A stretch of DNA of 64,000 bases from Octopus vulgaris. Its lineage: Eukaryota. The first letter of the stretch is position 1. Every line of letters starts with the position of its first letter. The notes beneath the pieces were generated by a model that did not search any database, was not told the origin of the DNA, and was given only the letters and a program-made list of their open reading frames with translations. A program made the translations under genes and the position numbers. The stretch covers positions 20,832,001 through 20,896,000 of the forward strand of contig OX597830.1 in assembly GCA_951406725.2 (NCBI GenBank), written 5' to 3'. Positions 1 through 14,907 of the stretch are shown here, piece by piece.

Positions 1-232
1 CCCTTTGTAAGAAAGCTAGCGAATGTGTACGGCAACAAAGACAAAAATAACTAACAAACTAACAAACAAAAACGGAGAACATGGTACACAATTACGAATA
101 CAAACAACAAGAAATAACAACAGGCGTCTTTCGACTGAGAACGAACGAGCTGGCGTGTATAAAGTGAAAGCCTAAAGGCAGGAACATAGGATATGGACGT
201 AAGAGGTGCTGGCGGTCGAGGCAGAAACGACG

Positions 233-382
233 CACTTCTTTCAGTTTCTGTCTACCAAATCCTTTCACAAGGTTTTGGTTGGCCCGTGGTTATAGTAGCA
301 GACTCTTGCCCAAGGCACCACGCAGTAAGACTGAACCCGGAACGGTGTGGTGGGAAAGCAAACTTCTTGTCATACTGCTACA
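233..382 (-). mobile_element. SINE family A, 5' half, degenerate
   Basis: Reverse complement of the family A head (ggttccgggttcagtc...ccttgggcaag...ggatttggtagacagaaactgaaagaag). Confidence 0.8.
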
Positions 383-604
383 AAATAGCAGCAATACCCA
401 GTCTTGTCCCAATTCATTAATACGTAAAATAAATAGCCACGTGGCCCTTTTATATATTGGATAAACTGCTTTAAAATGATGGCGGCACGCTTCATTTAGT
501 TCGGAGTGTTGTTGATTCACCAAGGGTTGTTGGGTTTATCTAAATCAGATTTAAGTTGAGAAGTATTTAAAAACTCAAATGAAATTTTGCTCTAACACAT
601 TTTT

Positions 605-1025
605 CTTTTAACCGTATGGTTCTGGGTTCAGTCCCGCTGCGTGTCACCTTGGCCAAGAATTTTCTATTATAGCCTCTGGACTATCAAAGCCTTGTGAGTG
701 GATTTAGTAGACGGAAACTGAAAGAAGCCGGTCATGTATATATATATACATGTTTGTGTGTCCGTGCGCGCGAGAGTATGTGTGGAGGGTGTATTTGAGT
801 TGTGTTTGCCCCCCACCATAGCTTGATAACCGGTGTTGGTGTCCTTACGTCCCTGAAGCTAGCGATTCAACAAAAATGGCGATAGAATAAATATGCCAGG
901 CTTTAACAAAAAATAAAAAAAGAAGAAGAAGAAATAAATACTGAAATCGATTCGTTCTGCTAAACTTCTTCAAGCAGAGACCCAGCATGGCCGCAATGTA
1001 ATGGCTGAAACGAGCAGAAAAAAAG
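605..1025 (+). mobile_element. SINE family A, near full length, degenerate
   Basis: tRNA B-box-like ggttcagtccc, internal (TA/TG)n, 3' part cagcatggccgcaatgtaatggctgaaac matching the other copies. Confidence 0.8.
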
Positions 1026-1199
1026 AAAGAAAAATGGAGTATATTCTGGGAAAACGGAGTAAGAATGGCGACAAAAAGAATTTGAAAAATGGAGGTGATA
1101 ATCGGAAAAATTTTAAAACGTAGTTAATTAATTAGTCGGTTAAAGGGTAACAAATTCACTCGTAACAATCGTTTCAACAACAAATACAAAGAATGAAAT

Positions 1200-1338
1200 T
1201 CTGTGGTCCGATAGGGGGCGCTAGTCAATGGCATCGATCCCTGTGTTCAACTGGTACTTATTTTACCGGCCTCGAAAGGAAGGCAGAATTTGAGATCAGG
1301 TCGTAAAGACATGACAACAGTTCTGCCAGCTCGTCGCC
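1200..1338 (-). mobile_element. SINE family C, internally deleted
   Basis: Ends in ctgccagctcgtcgcc (head on minus) and contains caactggtactta, shared with other family C copies. Confidence 0.7.
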
Positions 1339-1339
<1 letters not shown>

Positions 1340-1402
<63 letters not shown>

Positions 1403-1542
1403 GAAGAAGAAGAAGAAAAAGAAGAAGAATGAGGAGGAGGAGGAGGAGAAGAAGAAGAAGAAGAAGAAGAAGAAGAAGAAGAAGAAGAAGAAGAAGAAGA
1501 AGAAGAAGAAGAAGAAGAAGAAAAAGAAGAAGAAGAAGAAGA
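1340..1542. repeat. compound microsatellite (AAT)n(AAG)n(GAG)n(AAG)n
   Basis: Directly visible. Confidence 0.95.
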
Positions 1543-1546
1543 ATAC

Positions 1547-1727
1547 ATTCTACTATAGGCACATCGACCCTAGTATGCAACTGGTACTCACTTATTTCAG
1601 CCATCTCGAAAGAAGAATGAAATGTAAAGTCGACCTCGGCGGAATTTGAACTCAGAACGTTAAGACTGACGAAATACCGCTTAAGCATTTTGCCCAGCGC
1701 GCTAATGATTCTGCCAGCTCACCGCCT
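1547..1727 (-). mobile_element. SINE family C (tRNA-like head, Meta-domain-like core)
   Basis: Minus reads ggcggtgagctggcagaatcattagc...gagttcaaattccgccgaggtcgacttt...gagtaccagttgc. The resemblance to the MetaSINE domain is from memory. Confidence 0.8.
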
Positions 1728-1764
1728 CAGTAACAACAACAACAACAACAACAACAATAATGAA

Positions 1765-2736
1765 AAAAGGCATCAGAGCGGTGATGCATATCCTACGCGC
1801 AGATAAATTTTTTCGCAAATTATAGTATGGCTTACAATGCGTTGCTTACCCATGCTTTTTAATTGAACTAAATTAAGCTTTGTAAGAGTTTGACTAAACT
1901 TGCTTATCGGGAAATTTGTAAGTTCGATTTTTTTTTTAGTATTTTTTTTTTCCTTTTTTAAGTATCACCATTATAGGTATTTATACTCCGGTGAATTTAA
2001 GAAATCAAATCGTAAATAAACGAAACCCTCGAATCCATCACTGTACACACGCATACACACACAAACACAGAGTCGCTTATGTATATATGTATGCATGTAT
2101 GTATATATGTATGCATATGTGTCTACGTACAAAGGTACACCATGATCTATACACACGCGGACGAGGGTCGATTCATATGAAAAAGTAAGTGAACAAAATT
2201 AAGTACTTATAGAAAATATTGTATAGAATTTGAGAAGTGTTTTGAATGTCTTTCAATGATGGCAGGTGGATCAAACGTATCGTAGTTCGTTATAGGATAG
2301 AAATAATATAACCACTTGCTTATCAGGAAATTTGTAAGTTCGATTTGGAATTTTTTTGTGTATTACTGTTATAGGTATTTGTAGAGGCGCGTGGCTTAGT
2401 GGTTAGGGTGTCAGCATCATGATCGTAATATTGTGGTTTCGATTCCTGGACCAGGAGACGCGTTGTGTCCTTGAGCAAAACACTTCATTTCACGTTGCTC
2501 CAGTCCTCTCAGCTGGCAAAAATGAGTAACGCTGCGATGGACTGGCGTCCCGTCTAGCTGGGGAACACATACGCCATTGAAATCGGGAAAACCGAGCCCA
2601 TGAGCCTGGCTAGGCTTTAAAAGGGAGCAATTAAAATTTTTTTTTTTGATTATACGTATTTATACTCCGGTGAAGTTAAGAAATCAATTCGCAAGTAAAG
2701 GAAACGCTCGAATCCAACACAGTACACACTCACGCG

Positions 2737-2798
<62 letters not shown>

Positions 2799-2966
2799 CG
2801 TATATCTATATATTTATTAATGTGTGTTTGAAGATAATCAAACCAAATTCTCATCATTTCGAGCAATTCACCCAATGAAAATCCGTTCAGCCATTTTCCA
2901 GTAATTTTACAAACACAGACAGACAAAGACGAGCGGCTACAATTCTCTGCTTTCGCTTACGCGCAC
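1765..2966 (-). mobile_element. putative Helentron-associated (HINE/DINE-like) non-autonomous element with internal duplication and nested SINE
   Basis: Subterminal tacgcgca at both ends (about 1795 and 2958); aatccgttcagccattttccagtaatttt followed by (caga)n; duplicated block 1898-2050 versus 2315-2383 plus 2650-2735. Confidence 0.4.
2384..2649 (+). mobile_element. tRNA-derived SINE, head H2 + tail T1
   Basis: A box tggcttagtgg, B box gtttcgattcc; 15-bp TSD ttataggtatttgta (2369-2383) / ttatacgtatttata (2650-2664). Confidence 0.85.
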
Positions 2967-3085
2967 CTGAAATTTTGGAGAAGTGGTCTAATCGATCAGA
3001 CTGACCCAAGTACGCAACTGGTACTTAATTTATTGACCCGAAAGGATGAAAGGCAAAGTCGACCTCGGCGGAATTTGAACTCGGA
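2967..3085 (-). mobile_element. SINE family C, partial
   Basis: gacccgaaaggatgaaaggcaaagtcgacctcggcggaatttgaactc core. Confidence 0.8.
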
Positions 3086-3199
3086 TAATAATAATAATTT
3101 TCCCGACATAAATACAGTAATATTGGACTCTACCGTCGAAGATATGAGCGTTCAGCTTTTGCCGAACGACCATCACAAATGATTTTGTTTATGGTGATA

Positions 3200-3412
3200 A
3201 AAGGTTCGTGCCGCACATTAGCGACGTTGACTGAACAGGTGCACAGGTGTGCAAAAGTGTGCCACGCGTCAGGTGTCGAAGTGATCATAGAGCAACGTGA
3301 GATGAAGTGTTTTGCTCAAGAACACTTCATCTCACCACTCGGTCAAGGAATTGAAACCACGCTCTCACGATCGTGATTGCAACACCCCAACCACAAAAGC
3401 TATATGCCCTCA
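3200..3412 (-). mobile_element. tRNA-derived SINE, head H2 with a third tail type
   Basis: Minus: gtggtttcaattcc...cttgagcaaaacacttcatctcacgttgctc, as in the 2384 copy, then diverges (gatcacttcgacacctgacgcgtgg). Confidence 0.65.
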
Positions 3413-3437
3413 CAATAATCATAAGAAACGTAACAAC

Positions 3438-4048
3438 CCTTTCTACTATAGACACAAGGCCTGAAATTTTGTGAGGGGTGGAGGATAGTTGATTACATCG
3501 ACCCCAGTGTTTCAGTGGTACTTATTTTATCAACCCCGAAAGGATGAAAGGCGAAGTCGACCCTTGGCGGAATTTGAACTCAGAACGTAAGGACGGATGA
3601 AATGCCGCTAAGCATTTTTCCCGGCGTGCTAACGATTCCGCCAGCTTACTGACCTCATAATAAAAGTAATAATAATAATCCTTTCTAATATAGACACAAG
3701 GCCTGACATTTTGTGGGAGGGGGCTAGTCGATAAGATTGACTCCAGTACGCAACTGGTACTTAATTTATTGATCCGAAAGGATGAAAGGCGAAGTCGACC
3801 CTCCGCGGAATTTGAACTCAGAACGTAAGGACGGATGGAATGCCGCTAAGAATTTTGCCGGCGTGCTAACGATTCTGCCAGCTCACCAATAAAAGCAATA
3901 ATAATAATCCTTTCTAATATAGACACGAGGCTTGAAATTTTGTGGGAGGGGGCTAGTCGATTAGATTGACCCCAGTACGCAACTGGTACTTAATTTATTG
4001 ATCTGAAAGGATGAAAGGCAAAGTCAACCTCGGCGGAATTTGAACTCA
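3438..4048 (-). mobile_element. three head-to-tail SINE family C copies
   Basis: Unit cctttcta...gaactca repeated at about 3438, 3678 and 3908, separated by short (aat)n. Confidence 0.9.
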
Positions 4049-4499
4049 AATAATAATAATAATTTTCCCAACATAAACAGAAGGCCAGAAATGTGGAGGG
4101 AGTTGTCAGTTAAATTTAGTCACCGCCTCACTCTGAATTCAAGCTTCAGTTAGGAAAGAGCTTCTCACACCTATGACAGAATTTCTCCCTGAGCAAAAAA
4201 AAACACGAAATCTTAAACATAAGTGTGTACAAACTTTAAACAATTTATAACAGTATGAGGAAAAGAAACGATGAGAGCTCGTGATTATAGATTTACAGGA
4301 TTATAATCGGACTGAAAACACCATTGAGTTAGGGGAAAAAAATGGCCGTCAGGAGAACTACGGCGATTATCAGACGATGTATACTTCAGTTCCACCTGGC
4401 GGTAGAATTTTCTTTATATTGTCTTTCTTCAAATTTTCTATCTTGTTCAATCTGTTCATGTATTGTGTATTTACATTCTCTACCTTCCTCCTTTGCCCC

Positions 4500-7260
<2,761 letters not shown>

Positions 7261-7514
7261 GTTAATAGTAAGGTTGTCATTCTAATAACGAATTTACATA
7301 GCTAAAGATGAAAAAGAAAAAGAAAGTAAGAGGGTTAGGCTGTAGAAGTGGCGCAAGTTGGGCGGCGGTGACACAAAAGACGGCTTAAGTGGGAAGTTAA
7401 GGGCATTTCTGAAGGTGGCGCTGGTTTAATTTTTGTCTGCGTGGGTAGAGGATACTTGAGGTAGCCGATATTTCCGAGTATGTAAGACATGGGAGAAAGT
7501 ATATGGGTTTCTTA

Positions 7515-7736
7515 TTTTATTTCTTTACTGCCCACAAGGGGCTAAACACAGAGATGACAAACAAGGACAGATTAAGTCGATTATATCGACCCCAGTGCGT
7601 AACTGGTGCTTAATTTGTCGACCCCGAAAGGATGAAAGGCAAAGTCGACCTCGGCTGAATTTGAACTCAGAACGTAGCGGCAGACGAAATACCGCTAAGC
7701 ATTTCGCCCGGCATACTAACGTTTCTGCCAGCTCAC
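7515..7736 (-). mobile_element. SINE family C variant with alternative 3' tail
   Basis: Family C head and core, but the minus-strand tail is tctctgtgtttagccccttgtgggcagtaaagaaataa. Confidence 0.8.
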
Positions 7737-7738
7737 TG

Positions 7739-7793
<55 letters not shown>

Positions 7794-8132
7794 CGGATGT
7801 ATGTGTGTAAGGGGGTATATGTGTGAACTTGGTATGAGGGCGTGTCCAGGTGTGTGAATATGTAGATGCGAATTTGAGTGTGTGTGTGTATGTATGAGTG
7901 TGAGTACGTGTGTATATATGTGTGTGTGTGTCTGTGTGTATGTGTTTATGTGTGTGTTTCTGTGTGTGTAATAAAATTCGTGTTATAATGTATGCCTGTA
8001 TATATATATATATATAAGTACGGATGTGTGTACACATGTGTATGTGTGGATATGTGTGGGTGTGTGGCTGTGCATATGTACGGGTGTTCGACTACATGGA
8101 ACAGTGTCTAAATGCGTGCCTGTGTTTGCTTG

Positions 8133-8179
<47 letters not shown>

Positions 8180-8486
8180 GTTATGTGTGCATGTGTGCGC
8201 GTCCGTATGTGTGAATGTGTGTTTGTGAGTGCGCGCGTGATTATTTGAATGTGTGTGTGTCTACGTATGTGTGTGTGTGTGTGCGTGTTTATGTGTGTAC
8301 ATGTTTGTGTGTGTACGTGTTTGTGTGTGTGCATGTGTGCATGTATGCGCGTCTGTATGTTTGTTTGTGTGCGTATGTGTGTTTTTGTGTGCGCGCGCGT
8401 TTATTTGTGAGTGTGTATATGTGTGTGCGTGTATAGATGTATGTATGTTATGTATATTAAATACATATAACTCCAGCCAAACGTGT

Positions 8487-8793
8487 TGTTGTTTGTTCCT
8501 TCTCGAGCCATGCCTGGCTCATAAGGGCCGATTTCCCGGTTTCCTTGGTGTATAGGTTCCCCACCTGGACGGGACGCCGGTCCGTCGCAGGTGCGCTGCA
8601 AGATGCAAGAGTAAAGAGTGAGAGAAAAGTTGTGGCAAAAGAGTCAGCAGAAGTTCGCCATTACCTTCTGCCAGAGCCGTGCGGAGTTTAGGTGTTTTCG
8701 CTCATAAACACACACATCGCCCGGTCTGAGATTCGAACCCGCGATCCCTCAACCGACAGTTCGCTGCTCTAACCATTAGGCCATGTGCCTCCA
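8487..8793 (-). mobile_element. tRNA-derived SINE, H1-like head + T1-like tail
   Basis: A box tggcctaatgg, B box ggttcgaatct, (caa)n tail; TSD cagccaaacgtgt (8474-8486) / caaccaaacgtgt (8794-8806). Confidence 0.9.
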
Positions 8794-9045
8794 CAACCAA
8801 ACGTGTGGGGATCTACTTTCTCTCCTTCCTACACTCACCCGTTTAAGTGGAAGTGATGAAGAGATATGTCTACCCGTACATTATCCACATACATTGATGG
8901 CGCTATTCCGTTATGAACTCGGCTGCTAAAACAAAATGAAGACAGCCATGAAGGACATACATATATGAAACGACTGTTGAACTTTGAAACTTATCCAACC
9001 CACATTCCTAATTATCGTCTGTATGGTTTGTGACAGATAAACATA

Positions 9046-9470
9046 CAAGGGTGGACAAAAGTGGGTATACATTTGTTTAATACAAGCGGAATATTCTTTT
9101 CATTTCTCTGTTTCTTTTTTAGGATAAGAATTCTATGTTTCTATGTCGTTTCTAACTAATTCTTTCTTTAATAAAGTATTCCTAATTTCAGATATTTAAT
9201 TAATATGGCTGGAAATTTGACCAACGATGAACGAAAGTGGGTCATTATGAAGCAGCACTGGAAAGCAGAGAATGGGGGGGGGAAAGAATGGTTAGAAAGA
9301 AATTGACCGAAGAATTTCAAAGACTAGCTCTGTCAAGATTAGAAGTTTGCAAAATCCGTGACGAATATGAGCTGACTGGGTCCATTCCACAAAGCACAGA
9401 AAAATGGTCGATCGGCCAGTGTTACTAGAGAAGAAAATAAAATGCCTGCAGCTCAAGCGTTCACTCAAGT
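9046..9470 (+). mobile_element. Tc1/mariner-type transposon 5' end with frameshifted N-terminal HTH remnant
   Basis: TA then caagggtggacaaaagtgggtataca (TIR-like). ATG at 9205 gives MAGNLTNDERKWVIMKQHWKAEN; after a shift, MVRKKLTEEFQRLALSRLEVCKIRDEYELTGSI, similar to DUF4817-type transposase N-termini. Confidence 0.6.
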
Positions 9471-9535
9471 TACTTTCTGATTCATCTTCGTAGACAGACA
9501 GACAGACAGACAGACATACAGATAGATAGATAGAT

Positions 9536-9610
9536 ATGTTTCTTTATTAGCCACACAGGGCTGCACACAGATAGAACAAATTACAAGGTAGAGCTTTTCT
9601 TTTGAAGGTA
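9536..9610 (-). mobile_element. LINE-like 3' end stub with AATAAA, embedded in (TATC)n
   Basis: Minus: ...ttgtaatttgttctatctgtgtgcagccctgtgtggctaataaagaaa then (tatc)n; (AGAT)n on both sides. Confidence 0.55.
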
Positions 9611-9617
9611 AAAAAAA

Positions 9618-9987
<370 letters not shown>

Positions 9988-10447
9988 ATATAAGATGGGT
10001 TTCTACACAGTTTTCGTATACTAAATTCTCTCACAAAGGTTTAGTCGCTCAGGTGCCCAAGGTTCAAGGCACCGCATAGCTCTTAAACACACATGGTGTT
10101 AGCCATGACTACACCTGAGTGGTACATAACCTGTAATATAAATACCAGTTATGTACTGGGATCAATTCAATCATCTCCAGACCGTTTCTCATACAACTCA
10201 TGGTTTTCGAACATTTTAAGAATATTCAAAAAACAAACATAATATTAATATTGGTAATAAACAATCCTTATTCAGGAACATCAGAGTTGTTCGAGGTCAC
10301 TCGTCGTTATAAGGGGACAAAACCTCCCGCTCAACATATTAATCCTTTGAATGCAGAGAGCAAATGAACCCGCTCAAAACGTTGTTACCTATAGGGGCGG
10401 AAGGCAGTTTTACTCCCATGGCTTTGAAGAAAAAAAACTCTCCTTAT

Positions 10448-10715
10448 AGGCGCAGATATGACTATGTGGGGAGAAGTTCGCTTCCCCAACCACCATACCC
10501 TCGGGCCAACCAAAGCCTTGTGGGTGAATTTGGGAGACGGAAACTGAAAGAAGCCCATTGTACGTGTGCGTATGTGTGTGTATCTATGCGTGTGTCTATC
10601 TTTGTGCTGCTTCCCCACCCCCACTGCTCAACAAGCGGCGTCGGTTTGTTTACGTCCCCGTAACTTAGAAGTTCGGCGAAAGAAGATCGACAGGATAGAT
10701 ACCAGGCTTTAAAAA
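10448..10715 (+). mobile_element. SINE family A, degenerate and deleted
   Basis: ggcgcag...ctcgggccaaccaaagccttgtg...gacggaaactgaaagaagccc...tttacgtccccgtaacttag. Confidence 0.75.
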
Positions 10716-10788
10716 AATAAATAAAGCGATATATTTAAAGTTTTGTTGGTCTTGCTTACACGCAAAACCCTCACAACACACACTCACG

Positions 10789-10822
<34 letters not shown>

Positions 10823-10823
<1 letters not shown>

Positions 10824-10890
10824 TCTTTGTTTTGTCCTGTACTGTCCATATTGTTCTTCTTAGTGTAAACCCTCGTGGTTAATAAAGAAA
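10823..10890 (+). mobile_element. LINE-like 3' end stub with AATAAA followed by (TCA)n
   Basis: ...ttagtgtaaaccctcgtggttaataaagaaa(tca)n, similar to the 9536 stub. Confidence 0.5.
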
Positions 10891-10912
10891 TCATCATCAT
10901 CATCATTATTAT

Positions 10913-10965
<53 letters not shown>

Positions 10966-10985
10966 TTATTATTATTATTATTATT

Positions 10986-11533
10986 ATTGAGTGGGAGAGC
11001 AGTGCATGCCATCAAAGTGACACTAGGGTAAAATATACGAAGCCCTGTATACCCATCATGATTACCCGTCTGATAAGAGTACACAAGGCACATGCATCAC
11101 AACCATATGTGCGCGACATAGTGATCTCATATCAAGATAAACAGCGCATGACCGTCCAGGTGGGGCCCAGTTAGAATTTTCTTCAGATCGAGTAGCCCAT
11201 CCCACTCAAAAGGTCCCTGAATAAGGGTTATTTAAGGATGTTGAACGAAACACCCATGTTTCCAGGGGTAAATTATTCAAACCCCAAAGAATCCTTCTCA
11301 ACACATGGCTATGATGTTCCCCCACTACTTCTGCTCGTGATCAGAGATGCACATATCGTCAGCCACTAAGGGACATAATCAACTGGTTAAGGTCAAACAA
11401 CTGACAAGCAAATCTGTGGTATTGAGCAGAATATTTGCTGTAGCCCATCTTTTATACCAAGACAAAACAATGTACATGATAACACTTCCAATCAGTTAAG
11501 ATGAGAAACCATGAAAGGCACTGCCTGGTACTG

Positions 11534-11538
<5 letters not shown>
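10986..11538 (-). mobile_element. about 550-bp retroposon-like repeat with (AAT)n tail, copy 1
   Basis: Reverse complement of 27683-28233, with the same 5' start tgatgcagtaccaggcag; trinucleotide repeats at both ends. Confidence 0.85.
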
Positions 11539-11605
<67 letters not shown>

Positions 11606-12156
11606 TATTATTATTATCATTATTATTATTTTATTATCATTATTATTATCATTGAGTGGATAATTAACATCATTACTTAGTTGACCATGAAATTTAATTA
11701 CAAAGTCAAAGGGCGAATAATTTCATTGGTGGAACTGTCCTTTCTGAACTATAGAATTTATTGACAATACACGGCCGATCCAGGATCTCTATAAAATCAG
11801 AAGAACCTGATGAACTTCGGCTAAAGTTTGCATTAAAATATTTGAATAGATGACAGCAAACTTTGGTCAAAACTCGTAGTGTTTTACAGAAGACGATTAA
11901 ATATTTGCAGATCCTCGAATGACAGCTTTTTTTTTTTTTCTCATTTTATTTATTTTTGCCTCACTTGTTTCGAGGATGTGGAGATATGTGAGCGAGTGGT
12001 TAGAGTTATTTCGCTCATTGTTATTCTGTTTTATTTAAATTTTTTTTTTCCAATCGTTAACATTGTAAGCGTGAAAACATGTAGCCTAATGGTTAGAGAC
12101 GACGAGTTCATTCTTGTTAGGATGTGAGTTCGATTGCAGCAACTTGCTTTCATTTT

Positions 12157-12242
<86 letters not shown>

Positions 12243-12245
<3 letters not shown>

Positions 12246-13012
12246 TCTTTTACTTGTTTTAGTCATTTGACTGTGGCCGTGTTAGAGCACCGCCCAGGAC
12301 TTATTCTTTGTAAGCCTAGTACTTATTCTATCGGTTTCTTTTGCCGAAGCGCTAAGTTACGGGGACGTAAACACACCAGAATCGGTTGTCAAGCGATGTT
12401 GGGGGACAAACACAGACACACAAACATATACACACATATACATATATATATATATGTGTGTATATATATGTGTGTGTATATATATATATATATATACATA
12501 CAGTTGTGTCTGGGGAGAGTCATTTTCTTTTTGTGCCTTATAATGTAATACACTCACCAGTAAAATAAAATTTCCACTTATTTCTTATTTTTATTTTCCT
12601 AAAAGTTTCGTTGCGTCTATTGAAAAGGTTGCAAGACGCAACGAAAATTTTAGGAAAATAAAAATAAGAAATAAGTGGAAATTTTATTTTACCGGTGAGT
12701 GTGTTACATTATAAGGCACAAAAAGAAAATGACTCTCCCCAGACACAACAGAATATGCTTCAACACACGGACTCATATAAAGAATCTTGCAAACCAAATC
12801 CCAAACCGAAATATATATATATACATATATACATATATACGTATATACCATGGGCTTCTTTCAGTTTCCGTCTACCAAATCCACCCAAAAGGCTTTGGTC
12901 GGCCCGAGGCTATAGTAGAAGACACTTGCCCTAGGTGCCACGCAGTGGGACTAAATCCAGAAACATGTGGTTTGTAAGCAAGCTACTTGCGGCACAGCCA
13001 CTCCTACGCCTA
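12243..13012 (-). mobile_element. SINE family A, full length, with a fold-back element inserted in its internal microsatellite
   Basis: 3' part 12243-12425, 5' part 12850-13012 (ggcgtaggagtggctgtg on minus). Confidence 0.85.
12503..12812 (+). mobile_element. PLE-like fold-back (about 116-bp arms + 3' tail) with variant hammerhead motif
   Basis: Arms 12503-12618 / 12634-12749 nearly perfect; centre cta-TTGAAAA-g-GTTGC-aagac-GCAAC-GAAA-AT-TT-tag; unique tail 12750-12812. Confidence 0.65.
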
Positions 13013-13121
13013 TATTTTTATTATTTCATTATTTTGCTTAAAGAGGGGAATGTAAGTGACCTCGTGATTAAGGTGCTGAGTTCCTGATGATTAGTTTGAG
13101 AGTTCGACTGTAACAATGGTT

Positions 13122-13388
13122 TTTATTACCTCCGCCTTAGCGAAGGCGGAGATATTGTTTTTCGGTCGTGTTTGTTTGTTTGTTTGTCCATAGACAAGAT
13201 ATCTCAAGAACCGCTGGGTGGATTCGGATGAAACTTTCAGGGTTGTTTGGCCTCGTGACTGGCACAAACTGATTGGATTTAGGGATTGATCCGATACCTG
13301 ACAAGGATTCTGGATTATCGCGACCTTAACAATGGGACAACAGAGTAACCATAGTGTGACTCTATGCTTCGGCGAACTCTGAGTATAT
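13122..13388 (+). mobile_element. Helentron-associated (HINE-like) non-autonomous element
   Basis: Starts ttattacctccgccttagcgaaggcggag (hairpin), then (tttg)n and ggattcggatgaaacttt, the typical layout of this class. Confidence 0.55.
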
Positions 13389-13389
13389 A

Positions 13390-14013
13390 TTAACCCTTTT
13401 GCATTCAAACTGGCTATATGTGGCCAAAATATTTTTTCTTGCTTTATGTTGAAAAACAGCTAGAGCTGATCTCTCGCACTTAACCTACAATGTCATTCTG
13501 AAAAATATACAATCACATCGGCGTAGGCGTGGCTGTGTGGTAAGAAGCTTGCTTCCCAACCACACCGAGTGGCACCATGGGTAAATGTCTTCTACTAAAG
13601 CCATGAGTGGATTTGGTAGACGGAAACTGAAAGAAGTCCGTCGTATAGATGTGTGTGAATGTGTGTGCGTGCGTATGTGTGTGTCTGTCTGTCTGTGTTT
13701 GTCCAACTACCACCACAGCTTGACAGCCGGTGTTGGTGTGTTTGCGCCCCTGTAACTTAGCGACTCGGTAAAAGAGACCGATAGAATAAGTACTAGGCTT
13801 ACAAAGACTAAGTCCTGGGGTCGATTTCTTCGACTAAAACCCTTTAAGTCGGTGCTCCAGCATGGCAGCTATCAAATGACTGAAACAAGTAAAAGAATAA
13901 AAGAACAAGACCACCATTGAAATCGCAAAGCTACAAGATAATCCATGATTAATTCAAAACAAGGTGGATAAATAAGGATTACATTTGACAGGATAATCTG
14001 GTTGCTAAGTGTT
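13390..14013. mobile_element. piggyBac-like MITE interrupted by a family A SINE
   Basis: TTAA+cccttttgcattca at left; degenerate tctggttgctaagtgtt at right. Confidence 0.4.
13520..13905 (+). mobile_element. SINE family A
   Basis: ggcgtaggcgtggctgtgtggtaagaag...aaatgactgaaacaagtaaaagaataaaagaa. Confidence 0.85.
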
Positions 14014-14107
14014 CGATATTGACACCCGGTTATTTTCTCTTAAAGAATGGGTTTTTTGTGGTGTTTATGCTTTTAGTGAAAGCTTTTGATGGAAAATGTG
14101 AACTATA

Positions 14108-14291
14108 TGCGCAGGAGTGGCTGTGAGGTAAGTAGCTTGCTTACCAACCACATGGTTCCGGGTTCAGTCACACTGCGTGGCATCTTGGGTAAGTGTCTTC
14201 TACTATAGCCTCGGCCGACCAAAGCCTTGTGAGTGGATTTGGTAGACGGAAACTGAAGGAAGCCCGTCGTATATATGTATGTATATATATA

Positions 14292-14348
<57 letters not shown>

Positions 14349-14575
14349 ATGTGTGTGTATATGTTTGTGTGTCTGTGTTTGTTCTCCCAACATCGCTTGA
14401 CAACCGATGCTGGTGTGTTTACGTCTAAGCCACTTAGCGGTTCGGCAAAAGAGACTGTTAGAATAAGTACTAGGCAAACAAAGAATAAGTCCTGGGGTCG
14501 ATTTGATCGACTAAAGGAGGTGCTCCAGCATGGCCACAGTCGAATGACTGAAACAAGTAAAAGAGTAAAAGAGTA
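14108..14575 (+). mobile_element. SINE family A, full length
   Basis: Complete head, internal (TA)n and aaaagagt tail repeats. Confidence 0.9.
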
Positions 14576-14838
14576 TCAGCATCGCCACCACCACCACGAC
14601 CACCATCATCAACATCGTCACAACACGACCATCGACATCATCATCATCATGATCACCATCAACGTCACCGCCACAAACATCATCAGCATCAACACTGTCT
14701 TCACACAACCCACCCACCCACACCCGTTACCACCACCCTTGCCACCCTCCCCAACATACTGCCACCGCCAGCAGCACTCCCATCAGCATCAGCACTACCA
14801 CAACAACTACCCTCACCAACCACACTACTACTACTACC

Positions 14839-14907
<69 letters not shown>

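Noticed and set aside
1208-1223. CTCF-like motif ccgatagggggcgc
   Set aside because: It lies in a degenerate SINE tail, the match is imperfect, and there is no independent support.
2384-2460. tRNA gene candidates (also other SINE heads)
   Set aside because: A and B boxes run into SINE bodies with tails and TSDs, and no complete cloverleaf forms.
11807-11832. CTGATGA-ACTT...AAGT hammerhead-like start
   Set aside because: No GAAA after the stem and no stem I or III.
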